Positions 22,610 to 35,613 of a stretch of DNA of 43,277 bases are shown one piece after another. Position numbers and translations under genes: made by a program. Within the stretch, counting starts at the first letter, position 1. Each line of letters begins with the position of its first letter. Under the pieces are notes generated by a model. It did no database searches, was not told where the DNA came from, and saw only the letters and a program-made list of their open reading frames with translations. This stretch comes from Chiloscyllium plagiosum (lineage: Eukaryota): the NCBI RefSeq assembly GCF_004010195.1, contig NC_057750.1:2108929-2152205 (forward strand), in the 5' to 3' direction.

Positions 22610-22701
22610 CAAAAATCTTAAAAGAAGCACAAAGTTGGGCTCCTTTTTTGCACAGAAATTTCTCTGTCTCCCCCCCCCCCCCCCACACACACACACACAC
22701 A

Positions 22702-22875
22702 ATGTGGAGCTGCCGGTGTTGGACAAGGTTGGAAGTCCCACAACACCAACATTTGAAATAACAAGCTTTCAGGACTTCATCCGATTAGGACCAGCACTTC
22801 GATAGCTTGTGATTTCAAATAAATCTGTTGGACTATAACCTGGTGTCGTGTAACTTCTGACTTTGTCTCATCCAG
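22702..22875. mobile_element. Penelope-like family B terminal palindrome, degenerate; similar copies at 30023-30164 and ~34995-35123
   Basis: Shares aaataaacctgttggactataacctggtgt and ccaacaccagc..ctccacat with the ends of 27563-29238. Confidence 0.65.
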
Positions 22876-24814
22876 TTTTTGTTCCCGTGATGTTTACAAA
22901 CTCTCTTCGGATTACACAGGATTGACAGCACAGGAAGACGCCAGTTTGTCCTAGTGTTTATGCCATAGGGTTTTCTCATTTAAAATTTATCACAGTAAGC
23001 CTTTTTTCCCCTCGTGTGCTTCTCTGGCTTCTCTTTAACTGCAACTTTAGCAATTGTTCCAACCACTCCCTGTGAGAGCAGGCTCCAGTCTTACTGCCCC
23101 TCTCGCTGAAGAGATTTCTTCTGATTGGATTCCTCAGATTTATGTTTGGAATTGGAAGAGATTGAGGCACTAACTGGCCTTCATAGTGCAGCGTCTGGAA
23201 CTCTTCCCTCTATAGGGCAACTCCCCCATACTTTGTCACTAATCTTGTGTGTTTTTCTCATGTTAAATTATCCAGTAAAACCTTACTTTTAAAACAGCGC
23301 CTACCCACCTCCCAAATTCCCAAACTGTGGTTCTCCTGTGAGGTGTTTCTCTGGATTAAAGGTGCTGATCATCTCCCGAACTGTAAAAGTTATTCTTGCA
23401 TGGGTCACACGTGGACCGATGTTGCCCTCTGCTGGTACTACACTGATTCTGAAAGCCTTTTACTCTACAGTAATGTGCAATCAGTCCATTCAGCCCATCA
23501 TGACTGAACTGGCTCTTGGGAAGCATTTTCCTGCTCTTTTCCCATAATGGTTAAACATTTTCTTCCTGTTCAAACATTCATCTGACTCCCTTTTGAAAGT
23601 TATCATAACTTTACACAGCCCTTTCAGCTAGAGCATCCAAATCGTAAAAAATCATTGCATGGTCTTCCCATCGTTTGGTTCTTTTGGTCAATTGCTTCAG
23701 ATCTATGTCCCTCAGGTAACTGACCTTCCACAGGAAACTGTTTCTCCTTACTATCAAACCCCTCCATGATTTTAACTCTGCTATTAAATCTTGCCTTCAC
23801 CTTCTGTGGTCTAAGGAGAACAACTTCATCTCTAATCTCCCCACATTTATTGGATTCCCCCAGATCTGGTCTCATTCTCTTAAATCTCTATCGCCTCGCT
23901 ATCCTTCTTAAAGTACAGAGCCTAGAAGTGGACTAAAATTCCTCCAACTTTCGTTAAACCTAGTGATTTATAAAATTCCTTGTGATTATACCCTCTGCCT
24001 CTATTGCAAAAAGTCAGCCATCTCTAATGCCTATTTAACAGCTTTCTTGTCCAGCCTCTGTCAAAGACTTTGTGCACAGACCTCAAGGTTCCTTCGATCC
24101 TGTCCTTGCTCAGAATTGTACCATTTTGTTTGTATTTTCCTCCTTTGTTCTTACAGTCATAGAGTTATACAGCATGGAAACAGACCGTTCGGTCCAACGC
24201 GTCCATGCTGACCAGATACCCTAAATTAATCTAGTCCCATTTGCCAGCACTTGGCCCATATCCCTCTAAACCCTTCCTATTCATATATCCAACCAGATGC
24301 CTTTTACATGTTGTATTTGTACCAGCCATTTCTCACCATAATTAATCACTTCAGACTGCTCTCTCTTAAATGTCATTTGCTGTGTGCCTGCCCACTTTAG
24401 CAATCGATGTTTCTTTGGTGACCTGTTACTGTTCAGTCTTTATTACATTCAATGTTTGACATCAATAGCACACATTGAGATTACATCCTCTATATGCCGG
24501 TCTAGGTGGCATCATGTACTCTATTTCAAACAATTTTGACTCCTTGTAGCCAGTGACCTTATATTACATGTATTTCCACTTTCCCTCGCATACATCAACA
24601 GTACCTATCCTTAGCAAACCTTTCCATTACTACAGCCAAGATCTTTGTTATGTTTGACTTTTCAGTTTTTATTTCAAAACTCAAGATGTGGAGACAGGTA
24701 ATTTACCACATTAACACATTGTTAGTTAACTTGGTCTCCCAAAACACTTGATGTTTACATAGCAATTTATTTATAAGATTCCATTAGTTATTTCACAAGC
24801 CCTGTCCTTTTCAG

Positions 24815-25700
24815 ACTGGTGGAAGGATTGTAGTGTAGTTTCCCAGGGGTCAGTACTCAGACCCTTGCTTTTCCTGATGTATATTAATTATTTGGGTCTT
24901 TGTGTGAAGAGACAATTTCAAAGTTTGCAGATGACACGACATTTGAAGGCATTATAAAGCATAGGAGGACAGTGTGGAACTCCAAAAGGACTTTGATAAG
25001 TTGGTGAAGACGGCGGATAGGTGGAAGATGAGGTTCAAAATCAGAAGCGTGAGGTGATATGCTTTGAGAGACAATATAAAATAAAGAGTACAATTCTAAA
25101 GGGGGTGTAAGAACAGAGGGACCTGGAGATCTATGTGCACGAATCATTGAAGGTGGCAGGACCGGTGGAGAGAGCAGTTAATAAAGCATACAGCATCATT
25201 AGCTTTATTAATACGGCATGAAGTATAAGTAAGGAGGTGATGTTGAACTTGACACTTATTAAACCTCATAATGTATTGTGCTCACATGTGAGTTCCTCAT
25301 TATAGGAAACATGAATGCATTGGAGAGAGCAGAAGCAACTTAAAAGAATGTTTCCAGGAATGAGTAATTCCAGTGATTGAAGAAATTGGGACTGAATTGG
25401 AGGGAAGAAGGCTGGGAGGAGATGTACTTAAGGTTTTCTCAAAATACTGATTGGACTAGAAAGATTAAATAGAAAGAAACAAGTAGCATACATTTCAAGT
25501 AATGTGTAAACGAAGCAAAGGTGATTAGAGAGAAAACAAAACCTTTTCACCCTTGATTCGTGGTTAGATGTGGAATGTACTGCCTGGAAATGTGATCGGA
25601 GCAAGTTCAATTGAGACGTTCAAGAGGGGCATTGGATGGTTATTTGTATAGAGATGATGTGCAGGGACATGGGGAAAAGGCAGGAGATTAGCTTGCGGTA
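24815..25700 (+). mobile_element. Decayed CR1-like LINE 3' part
   Basis: RT remnant ccccaggggtcagtact (PQGSVL) and aagtttgcagatgacac (KFADD), then CR1 C-terminal text. Additional CR1 3' ends on - at ~24155-24327 and ~25825-26158 (ATAGA tail). Confidence 0.8.
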
Positions 25701-27562
25701 ATGGAATCATTTCCCGTGTGACAGGTACCTATTACAGTGTTTGCACCATCTCCACTCTCTCGTGTTATCCTGTAGCAATGGCCTGCATTTATATAGCTAC
25801 TCAAGCATAGGTGAAGGAGTATAAATAGAATAGACAGAATAGAATAGAAAAGTACAGCACAGAACAGGCCCTTAGGCCCACGATGTTGTGCAGAGACTTA
25901 ATCCTAATGTAAAATATAGTAACTTAACCTACGTACCCCTCAACTCACTGCTATCCATGTGCATGTCCAGCAGTCGCTTAAATGTCCCCAATGACTTCGC
26001 TTCCACCACCTCAGCTGGCAACACATTCCATGCATTCACAACTCTCTGCATAAAGAACCTACCTCTGACGTCTCCTTTTATACCTTCCTCCTAATATCTT
26101 CAAACTATGACTTCTCATACCAGTCAATTCTGCCCTGGGGAAAAGTCTCTGGCTATTGAAGCAAATGAGCTAATGAGCAAAGTTAACACCAAGCCGCATG
26201 AGAAAATACTGAGACAGGTGACCAAGAGGTAGACTTTAAGGAGCATCTTAAAGGAGGGGAAAGAATCTGAGGTGTAGGGAGGGAATCTGAAAACTTAGGG
26301 TCCCAGATGGCTGCAGACACGGTTGCCACAGCACAGTAATAGGAGCAGCAAGGGTGCAAGAGCCAGAAATTCAAGACTCAGGGTCTCAGATTGGTCAAGC
26401 AAATGGATATATATATATGTGGGCATAGAAGGATTCAAAAACCTCAACATGATCCAAAAGTGACTCTGTTCCATTAGTGCTTCACTGACTGTACAATGCA
26501 CTAACGGGTGCTAGAAAAATGCAAGTTCTTTTTTCAATATTTTTCTTTCAGTAATATATCATCCAACTTACCATAAGCCTTGATCTGGGAAATGTATGTC
26601 ACTGTGTATCAACTGTTTAACATGAAAGGCAGTCAGTTAATTTGGACTTGGTTCAGATCTCAAAGCAGGAACAGTAAATACCAACTAGGCTCCGATTTAC
26701 TTAAGAACTATAAAACATGGTTGAATGAGGTGGCATTAATGTGGCATATTAAGCACAGCTGGAATTTGTAGAAATGGAATATTGATATGTCTGTTGTTAT
26801 AAAGCAGAAAATTCCTCGGAGTTCTCACAAACAGGCCAAGCATCTATTTTAGCTTTCCTTAATAATTTTGGCAGAAAACTACTTTGAGGGTCAGGTTGCA
26901 GAGTGAAATGGGCAAGTTTAAATCCAATCATAAAATTGTTGTTTGCTGATGATGCCTTTGAATACCAGGGTAAAGAAAGTTAAAACATACCGAAGAAATT
27001 TCATTTATTTTGTTTGCCCCTAATGCAGAGTTGGCGTTAACTCCGTCTACCTGCTTTTCTATTATTCTCTTCACTGTGACCAGCTACAGCCTGATGTGAT
27101 CCCTACTTCAGTCACTGAATCTGTTATTTTGACAGTATGTTACAACCCCTCTGTGTAACAACAAATAATTCTGTCCAAAATCTATTTAATCTCCATATCC
27201 GCTCCCTTTGTTTTCAGCAATTTTTCTTTACTTCATTCACGGGATGAGGGTGTCGCTGGGAGGGCCAGATTTTTGTGCCCATCCCTAATTGTCTAGAGGG
27301 CAGTTAAGAGTCAACTGTTGGTCTGGAGTCACATGTAGGGCAGACCAGGTAAGGATGGTGGTTTCCTCCTCCAAACGACATTAGTGAACCAGATGGGGTT
27401 TTCCTGACAATTGACAATGGATTCATGGTCATCATTAGACTCTTAATTCCAGATATTTATTGAATTCAAATTCTACCATTAGTCATGGTGGGATTGAAAC
27501 ACCATTTACCTAGGTCTCTGGTTTAACAGTCCAGCGATAATAGGCCACTGCTTCCATCTAGA

Positions 27563-29238
27563 CATAGTTAAAAAATCACACAACACCAGGTTATAGCCCA
27601 ACAGATTTATTTGGAAATACTAGCTTTTGGAGCGCTGCTCCTTCATCAGGTGGTTGTGAAGCAGGACCATAAGACACAGAATTTATAGCAAATGACTACA
27701 GTGTGATACAACTGAAATGACATATTGGACAAACCTGGATTGTTGTTAAGTCTTTCCTCTTTTAGAATGGGTTACAGGTTTCGGTTCATCAACATGTAAA
27801 TCCCAGAACTTCTTTTAAGTCACATTCTCAAGCTAAGTTAAGGTTTTATACAAAAAAAGGTGACATCCCAGCTCAGACAATGCATTTAAGGTGCGAGGTT
27901 ACAGTCTGTCTGTATCCCAATCTTGGGCCAGACTGGTTCTATTTCCAAAGTGGAATTTACAAAATATCACATGGATTGAGTGCCTGCAAGTTGTGCATTT
28001 TTTGAGCAAAATAGAATGTAACTGCAAATGTAATTCAGCAAATACAAATTCACCCCATAGATGTGTGCGCGTGAAGGAGAGTTAGAGTGAGTGTGTGCAT
28101 GTGAGTATGTGAGCGTGAGTGCACTCAGAGTGTGTGTGTTTGCGTGTGTGGAAGCTTGGTAAAGTGTGTGAGTCAGTGTGATGGAGTATAAGCCTGTGAG
28201 AGGGTGCGAGCGTGGGTGTTAGTGGGGGTGTGTGTATACACATAAATGAGACAGAGTTTGCTTGAGTGTGAGCGTGTGTGTGTGAGTGAGAGAGAATGTG
28301 TATAGTGTAATGGGTCCCCTGTAGTGTGACATGAACCCAAAGTCCCAGTTGAGGCCATCCTCACGGGCACCGAACTTGGCTATCAGCCTCTACTCGGCTA
28401 CTTTGTGCTCTTGCCTGACCCAAAGTCCACCTTGGTGGATGGTCACCTGAAGGTCCCTGACGACTGAAGTATTCCCCAGCTGGGAGGGAACATCCCTGCC
28501 TGGTGATTGTTGCGCGGTGTCCATTCATCCATTGTTCAAGTGTCTGCTTGGTCTCGCCTCAGGACACAGCGCAACAACCACCAGACAGAGACGTTCCCTC
28601 CCAGTCGGGGAATTCTTCAGCAGTCTGGGACATTTGACCTCGGATCTTCGGGTGACCATCCCCTAGGGCGGTCTTTGGGATAGGCAACCACACAAAGTGG
28701 CCGAGCAGAGGCTGATAGCCAAGTTCAGTACACATGGGGATGGCCTCAACTGGGACCTTGGGTTCATGTCACACTACAGGTCACCCCACTGCATTAGTCT
28801 CGCTCTCTCGCTCACTCTCACTCTCTTGCTCACTCTCACTCTGACTCAAGATTGGGATACAGACAGACTCTAACCTCACATCTTTAATGCATTGTCTGAG
28901 CTGAGATGTCATCTTTTGTTATAAAACCTTAAGTTATCTCAAAAATGTGACTTAAAGGAAGTTCTGGGATTTACATATTAATGAACCAAAACCATTCCAA
29001 AAGATGAAAGACTTAACAACAATCCAGGTTTCTTCAATATACCATTTCATTTGCATGACACTGTGTAATCTTTTGCTATACGTTCTGTGTCCTATGATCT
29101 TATACTCCACAACCACCTGATGAAGGAGCAGCGCTCCAAAAGCTAGTGCTTCTAAATAAACCTGTTGGATTATAACCTGGTGTTGTGTGATTTTTAACTT
29201 TGTCCACCCCCATTCAACACCAGCTCCTCCACATCATG
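27563..29238. mobile_element. Tail-to-tail Penelope-like element (family B): inverted copies of GIY-YIG C-terminus plus 3' terminal repeat
   Basis: Left arm (-) encodes GETKQTLEQWMNGHRATITRQ; right arm (+, from 28565) encodes SLPVGEFFS..H..SDLRVTI...KVAEQRLIAKFSTHGDGLNWDLGFMSHY. Both end in CUGAUGA-A-GGAGC-AGC-GCUCC-aAAA-GCUA. Flanks are tccatctaga / tccacctaga. Confidence 0.85.
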
Positions 29239-29915
29239 TCCACCTAGAGCGAGAGGGACAGAGAGTCTAGCGCAGTCTGTGCCATCTCCCTGTTATTTTC
29301 AACACTATTTAAATAATGTCACTATTAGAATATTTGATCATTATCAACACAGGATCACTATCGTAATTTTTTTAAAAAAGGAAATTGGGTAAAATTTGGA
29401 AGAAGTTGAAGATTTCCAGGGAAATGTAGGAGAAGCAGGATTCCTACTTTCAACTCACTACGTCAATGATCCAGGTTTCTTCAATATACCATTTCATTTG
29501 CATGACACTGTGTAATCTTTTGCTATATGTTCTGTGTCCTACGATCTTATACTCCACAACCACCTGATGAAGGAGCAGCGCTCCAAAAGCTAGTGCTTCT
29601 AAATAAACCTGTTGGATTATAACCTGGTGTTGTGTGATTTTTAATTTTGTCCACCCCCATTCAACACCAGCTCCTCCACATCATGTCCACCTAGAGCAAG
29701 AGGGACAGAGAGTCTAGCGCAGTCTGTGCCATCTCCCTGTTATTTTCAACATTATTTAAATAATGTCACTATTAGAATATTTGATCGTTATCAACACAGG
29801 ATCACTATCGTAATTTTTTTAAAAAAGGAAATTGGGTAAAATTTGGAAGAAGTTGAAGATTTCCAGGGAAATGTAGGAGAAGCAGGATTCCTACTTTCAA
29901 CTCACTACGTCAATG
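29022..29915 (+). repeat. 447-bp tandem duplication (29022-29468, 29469-29915)
   Basis: Two adjacent copies with about six substitutions by eye. Confidence 0.95.
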
Positions 29916-30679
29916 GCATTCCATAAAATCAAGGTCACATAAGAGGGTCGGGGGTGTCGTCTTGTGTAGTTTGGGATTATCAATTTCTAATGCCTTGTGG
30001 AAGCAGTCTGCTTGTTTCATGATGTGGAGATGCTGGTGTTGGACTGGGGTGTACAAAGTTAAAAATCACACAACACCAGGTTATAGTCCAACAGGTTTAT
30101 TTGGAAGTGTGTGATACTCCGAAAGCTGGTGTGCTTCCAATTAAACCTGTTGCACTATATTGTGTGCTTGTTTCATGACTTTTTTTTAGTGTTTGTGAGA
30201 TCTTGTGGGAACCTACAACGTACAACCACTTCACAAGCCGGTTACCCAGTACATCTTTGACAGCCTCTGCACATCCCCACGGATTTCACACCCAGTGAAG
30301 CACCTTTTAGAGCATAGTCACTGCTGTGATGACAGAAGTGTGACCAACAGCAGCACAGCAAGATCCCACACCGTGCAGTGATGGTCACATCATCTGCTAA
30401 GGTGATGGAGAGGAAGGATAAATACTCAACAGTTCGTGCGGCACAGCTCCCTACGTCTACCACACTGACCTGAGAGAGCTGAGTGTTACGTCTCATTGCA
30501 AAGGCAGCACTTTCCAATAACACAACATTTCCTCTGGACTGGACTGAACTTAGTCTAGATAGTTGTGCTTCGTTTTCTGGAATTGGACATGAATATGCAC
30601 TCAAAAGAAAATTTCCCATGAGACTCCTCTCAGTCCCACACTAAACTCACTGTCCACACTTCCCTTCCCCCTTAGCTCT

Positions 30680-31080
30680 GTATTAATTCCCAAATTAATC
30701 CCACTGTCCTGTGCTCTCACCATAGCCCTATATCAATACCATACTAACCCCGCTGCCCTATGATCTCCCTATAGACCTATATCAATCCCACACAATCCCA
30801 CTGCCCCATGCTCTCCACAGCTCTTTATCAATCCCATACTAATCCCACTGCCCTGTGATCTCCCTATAGCCCTATATCAATCCCCAAACTAATCACACTG
30901 CCCCATTCTCCCCACATTGCCCTGTATCAATCTCCAAACTAATCCCACTATCGGTCTCTCCTCATAGCCTGTATCAGTACCAAACTAATCCCTCCCCATA
31001 TCCCAAACCAATCCCCAGCCAGTCCCACAGTCCTGCTCTCTCGCCATAGCCCACTATAGATCCCAGACTAAACCCATTGT
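30680..31080 (+). repeat. Degenerate ~50-bp minisatellite
   Basis: Recurring aatcccactgccc...ctcccc.tagccctatatcaatc unit. Confidence 0.85.
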
Positions 31081-31849
31081 CTCCCAACATGTTCTAGTGA
31101 CGCAATGGTAGTGTCCCTGTCACTTGACTAATAGTCCTTGGTTCAAATCTCACCTGCTCCAGAGGTGTGTCATAACATCTCTGAAAAGTTTGGTTCAAAA
31201 ATATCTAGCTTGAGTCTTCAAACTGCTCCACTATTTAATGCCTTTTTTTTACCTTTTAAATAGCATCCTCTCACTCCGTCTTTGTTAGTGGTTAAACAGT
31301 CCCAGCAGTCATCTGCCTGAAGATGTTTCTGAAACAGTTCCATTCACTCAATGACACTTTTCAGTTGATAAACTTCCCCATCACTCTACACAAATCCTTT
31401 ACAGTTTAAAAAAACTTCAATGAGACTTTATATCTCCAACTCTTCATATGGAGAGTGTCTGTGGTATGTTATAATGTTAGGGTACAGCGGTTTAATGTTA
31501 TGTTCCCTGGGGTTTATGCTGTTGTTGATATTTTAAAAAGAAAATTGTAAAGAAAATATAATTGTGGCCTTTTCTTCATTTCATTAAATTTGATAACTTA
31601 ATAATCAGTGAGTTATGATGATCTGGAACGTAGATAGATGAAAATTGCATTAGGAATTTTTGATGAGAAATGGGTGAAGAAAATTTGAAAAATGAGAGAT
31701 TTAGATGGCAGTAGCCCAGGGGTGAGAGAGTGTGGAGCATGTTAAATAGACTTTCAGATTAGTAGGTCTTTACAGCATACAAAGAGGCCATTCAGCCCAT
31801 CATATCTAGCAGCTCCTGAAAGAGCTCCGAGCTGGTCTCATTCTCCAGC

Positions 31850-32088
31850 CCTATCAATCCCCACACTAGTCCCACTGCCCCGTGTTCTCCCCATATCCCT
31901 ATATCAATCCCCAAACTAATCCCACTGCTCCATGCTCTCCCCATAGCCCTGTATCAATCCCCAAACTAATCCCACTGCCCCGTGCTCTCCCCATAGCCCT
32001 GTATCAATCCCCAAACTAGTCCCACTGCCCCGTGCTCTCCCCATAGCCCTGTATCAATCCCCACACTAGTCCCACTGCCCCGTGCTCT
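31850..32088 (+). repeat. Homogeneous 50-bp minisatellite, ~4.7 copies
   Basis: tatcaatccccaaactaatcccactgccccgtgctctccccatagccctg at 31852, 31902, 31952, 32002 and 32052. Confidence 0.95.
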
Positions 32089-32561
32089 CAAGTTTGGGCT
32101 GCCCCCACCCTGGGGAGAAGAGCCTTACTATTCACTTTGTCGATGCCCCTCATGATGTTATAGACCTTTGTAAGGTCACCCCTCACCCTCCTATGCTCCA
32201 GTGAAGAAGGTCCCAGCCTATCCTGCCTCTCCTTATAACACAAACCCTCCATTCCCAGCAACATCCTGGTAAATCCTCGGTCAGCAGGGACACGTTGGAC
32301 CAAAGGGTCAGTGTCCGTGTTGTATGACTCTATAAATCCAGCTCACTTTGAAACCTCCCGTGGAATCCTAACAACTGTCTGAGTAAAGAAGTTTCTCCTC
32401 ATCTCATCGGGGCACCTCTTGCTGACAATCCCGAGACTGTGACTCCCTACTTACTGACACACCAACTAGTGGAAACAGAATATCCTCCTTTACCAGGTCA
32501 AAATTGTTCATCATTTTGAACACCTCAGTGAGGTCATCTCTTAATCCTCTCTGCTTCAAGG

Positions 32562-34233
32562 AACATAGAATATCACAGCACAGTACAGGCCCTTCAGCCC
32601 TCGATGTTGCTCTGACCTGTGGAACCGATCTGAAGCCCATCTAACCTACACTGTTCCATCCTCCTCCATATGTTTATCCAGTGACCATTTAAATACCTTT
32701 AAAGTTGGTGAGTCTATTACTGTTTCAGGCAGGGTGTTCCACATCCCTACTACTCTCTCAGTAAAGAAACTACCTCTGACATCTGTCCTATATCTATCAC
32801 CCCTCAATTTAAAGTTATGTCCACTTGTGCTGGCCTTCACCATCCAAGGAAAAAGGCTCTCACTGTCCACCCTGTCTAACCCTCTGATTATCTAGTATGT
32901 CTCAATTAAGTCACCTCTCAACCTTCTTCTCTGTAACAAAAACAGCCTCAAGTCCCTCAGCCTTTCCTCATAAGACCTCCCCTCCATACCAGGCAACATC
33001 CTAGTAAATCTCCTATGAAACCCTTTCCAAAGCTTCCATATCCTTCCTATAATGCGGTGACCAGAACTGTATGCAATACTCCAAGTGCAGCCGCACCAGA
33101 GTTTTGTACAGCTGCAGCATGACTTCATGGCTCCGAAACCCAATCCCACTACCAATAAAAGCTAACACACCGTCTGCCTCTTAACAACCCTATCAACCTG
33201 GGTAGCAACTTTCAGGGATCTATGCACATGGATATTAGGATCTCTTTGCTCATCTACATTACCAAGAATCTTACCATTGGCCCAGTACTCTTTATTCCTG
33301 TTACTCCTTCCAAAGTGAATCACCTCACACTTTTCCACATTAAATTCCATTTTCCACCTCTCAGCCCAAATCTGCAGCTTATCTATGTCCCTCAGCAACC
33401 TGCAACATCCTTTATCACTATCCACAACTCAACTAACCTTTGTGTCATCCACAAATTTACTAACCCATTCTTCCACACTCTCGTCCAGGTCATTTATAAA
33501 AATGACAAACAGCAGTGGCCCCAAAACAGATCCTTGCGACACATCACTAGTAACTGAACTTTAGGATGAACTTTCCCGTCAACCACTACCCTATGTCTCC
33601 TTTCAGCTAGCCAATTTCTGATCCAAACTTCTAAACCTTCAATCCCATGCCTTTGTCTTTTGTACAATAGCCTACTGTAGGGAACCTTATTGAAATCCAT
33701 ATACACCACATCAACCGCTTTACCCTCATCCCCCTGTTTGGTCACCATCTCAAAGAACTCAGTAAGGTTTGTGAGGCACAACCTACCCTTCACAAAACCG
33801 TGTTGACTATCTCTAATCAAGTTATTCCTTTCTAGATGATTATAAATCTTATCTCTTATAACCTTTACCAACCAAAGTAAGGCTCACTGGTCTATAATTC
33901 CCAGGGTTGTCTCTACTCCCCTTCTTGAACAAGGGGACAACATTTGCTATCCTCCAGTCTTCCGGCCCTATTCCTGTAGACAATGACGACATAAAGATCA
34001 AAACAAAGGACTCGGCAATCTCCTCCCTGGCTTCCCAGAGAATTCTCGGATAAATCCCGTCTGGCCCAGGAGACTTTTCTATTTTTACATTTTCCAGAAT
34101 TGCTAACACCTCATCCTTGTGAACCTCAATCCCACCGGTATCTCAGTATTCTCCTCGACAACATTGTCTTTTTCTAGTGTGAAAACTTACGAAAAGTATT
34201 CATTCAGCGTTTCCCCCATGCCCTCTGACTCCG
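32562..34233 (-). mobile_element. 5'-truncated CR1-clade LINE (HER1-like), ORF2 reverse transcriptase with frameshifts; further CR1 fragments at 32090-32555
   Basis: ORF pieces KSPGPDGIYPRILWEAREEIA, PEDWRIANVVPLFKKG..NYRPVSLT, SQHGFVKGR.CLTNL, DVVYMDF, WKMEFNVEKCEVIHFG, RRLRGDLIETY; 3' UTR gggctgaagggcctgtactgtgctgt. Confidence 0.93.
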
Positions 34234-34366
34234 ATACAGGAGGGTAATCCAATTTTCTCATAGTTCTAAGGAAGAGTCATTGGACTCAAAATGTTAACTC
34301 TGCTTTCTGTCCACAGATGCTGACAGACTTGCTGAGTTTTTACAGCAATTTCAATCATCTCTAATT

Positions 34367-34682
34367 CATAGAATCCCTGCAGCATGGAAACAGGCCATTC
34401 AGCCCATCAAGTCCACACAAACCCTCCAAACAGCATCCCATCCAGACCTTACACCCACACCCTATCCCTGCATTTTCCAAAGCTAGTGGACATACACCCC
34501 TGGACACTATGGGCAATTTCCCTTCGCCAATCCATCCTAACCTGCACATCTTTGGACTGTGGGAGGAAACCTACATAGACACTAGGAGAGCATGTAAACT
34601 TCATATAGACAGTCACCTGAGGGTGGAATCGAACCTGGGAACCTTGAAGCTGTGAGGTAGCAGTACTAACCACTGTACCACC
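34367..34682 (-). mobile_element. HE1-like SINE
   Basis: Match to other copies. Confidence 0.85.
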
Positions 34683-34752
34683 TCAGCTCTCTCTAGGTCT
34701 TTAATATCCTTCGTTAAACAAGGTGCTCAGAACTGATCAACCCACTCCAAAT

Positions 34753-34965
34753 CAAAAATAGAAATTGCTGGAAAAGCTCAGCAGTTCTGGCAGCGGCTGT
34801 GGCGAGGAATCAGAATTAACCTTCCAGGTCCAGTTCATCAGAACCGGACCTGAAACATTAACTCTGATTTCTCTCCACAGATGCTGCTAGACCTGCTGAG
34901 CTTTTCCAGCAATCTCTGGTTTTGCTTCTGATTTCCAGCACACTCAGTTCTTTCGGTTTTCATTT
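34753..34965. mobile_element. Penelope-like palindrome (family A-related subfamily); single-arm relative at ~34262-34352
   Basis: Inverted arms attgctggaaaagctcagcag / ctgctgagcttttccagcaat with degenerate hammerhead remnants (ggacctgaaacatt). Confidence 0.65.
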
Positions 34966-35613
34966 AGCACCACACTCCAGATCGGTCAGAAGCCACAAGA
35001 CACTAGGTTACAGGCCAACAGGTTTGTTTGAAATCACAAGCTTAATCTGTTGACTATAACCTGATGTTGTGTGATTTCTGACCTTGTCCACCCCAGTCCA
35101 ACACCAGCAACTCCACATCGTGACTGCAAATTGGGTCTGACCAATGAATTGTAGCTCTGCTGAAGAGCTAGCAAAGGTACAACTGGCCGATTGGTCTGTC
35201 CCTGAGTTGGTTTCATACCCTTTGGTCTGGAGTAATAATATCGAACGCCAGATGGCGCCGGGTAGCTCCAAACCTAGTCGCTTGAGTTCGTTCTTTGAGA
35301 GTATTTATTAGTTCAGGGATATTTGATGTGGGGATTGGGAGGAGGTTTTATAATAATTAAAGGAGTGTTTTCTGCGCAAGTTTGGAGGCTGTGCCTGAGT
35401 TAACTAACGGCAGTCTCACTCAGAACTACTCCCAGGAATTCCTCCCCCTGAAATTATTGTTGTGCAAAACTTCTGAGACTTGTTTTGAAGTGGAAAACTT
35501 TTAAAGCAGGGAGGGAGGAAAGGACGGAGATTTATTTTGTCTGCATTTCTCTGTGAGTGCCACTTTTTATTCAGCCCTAACACTAGCAAATACCTTGTAT
35601 TCCTGTGTTAAAA

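Larger units (their letters stand above)
15523..22630 (+). other. BICRA: Probable long BICRA 3' UTR
   Basis: About 7.1 kb almost free of the SINE/LINE copies that fill the flanks. Ends in an AT-rich block with ATTAAA (22585-22590) and AATAAA (22604-22609), after which repeats resume. Confidence 0.6.

Noticed and set aside
35230..35613. EHD2 promoter or 5' UTR boundary
   Set aside because: The sequence is unique and has a possible acceptor (tttttattcag near 35574), but a promoter cannot be distinguished from a spliced 5' UTR without transcript data.
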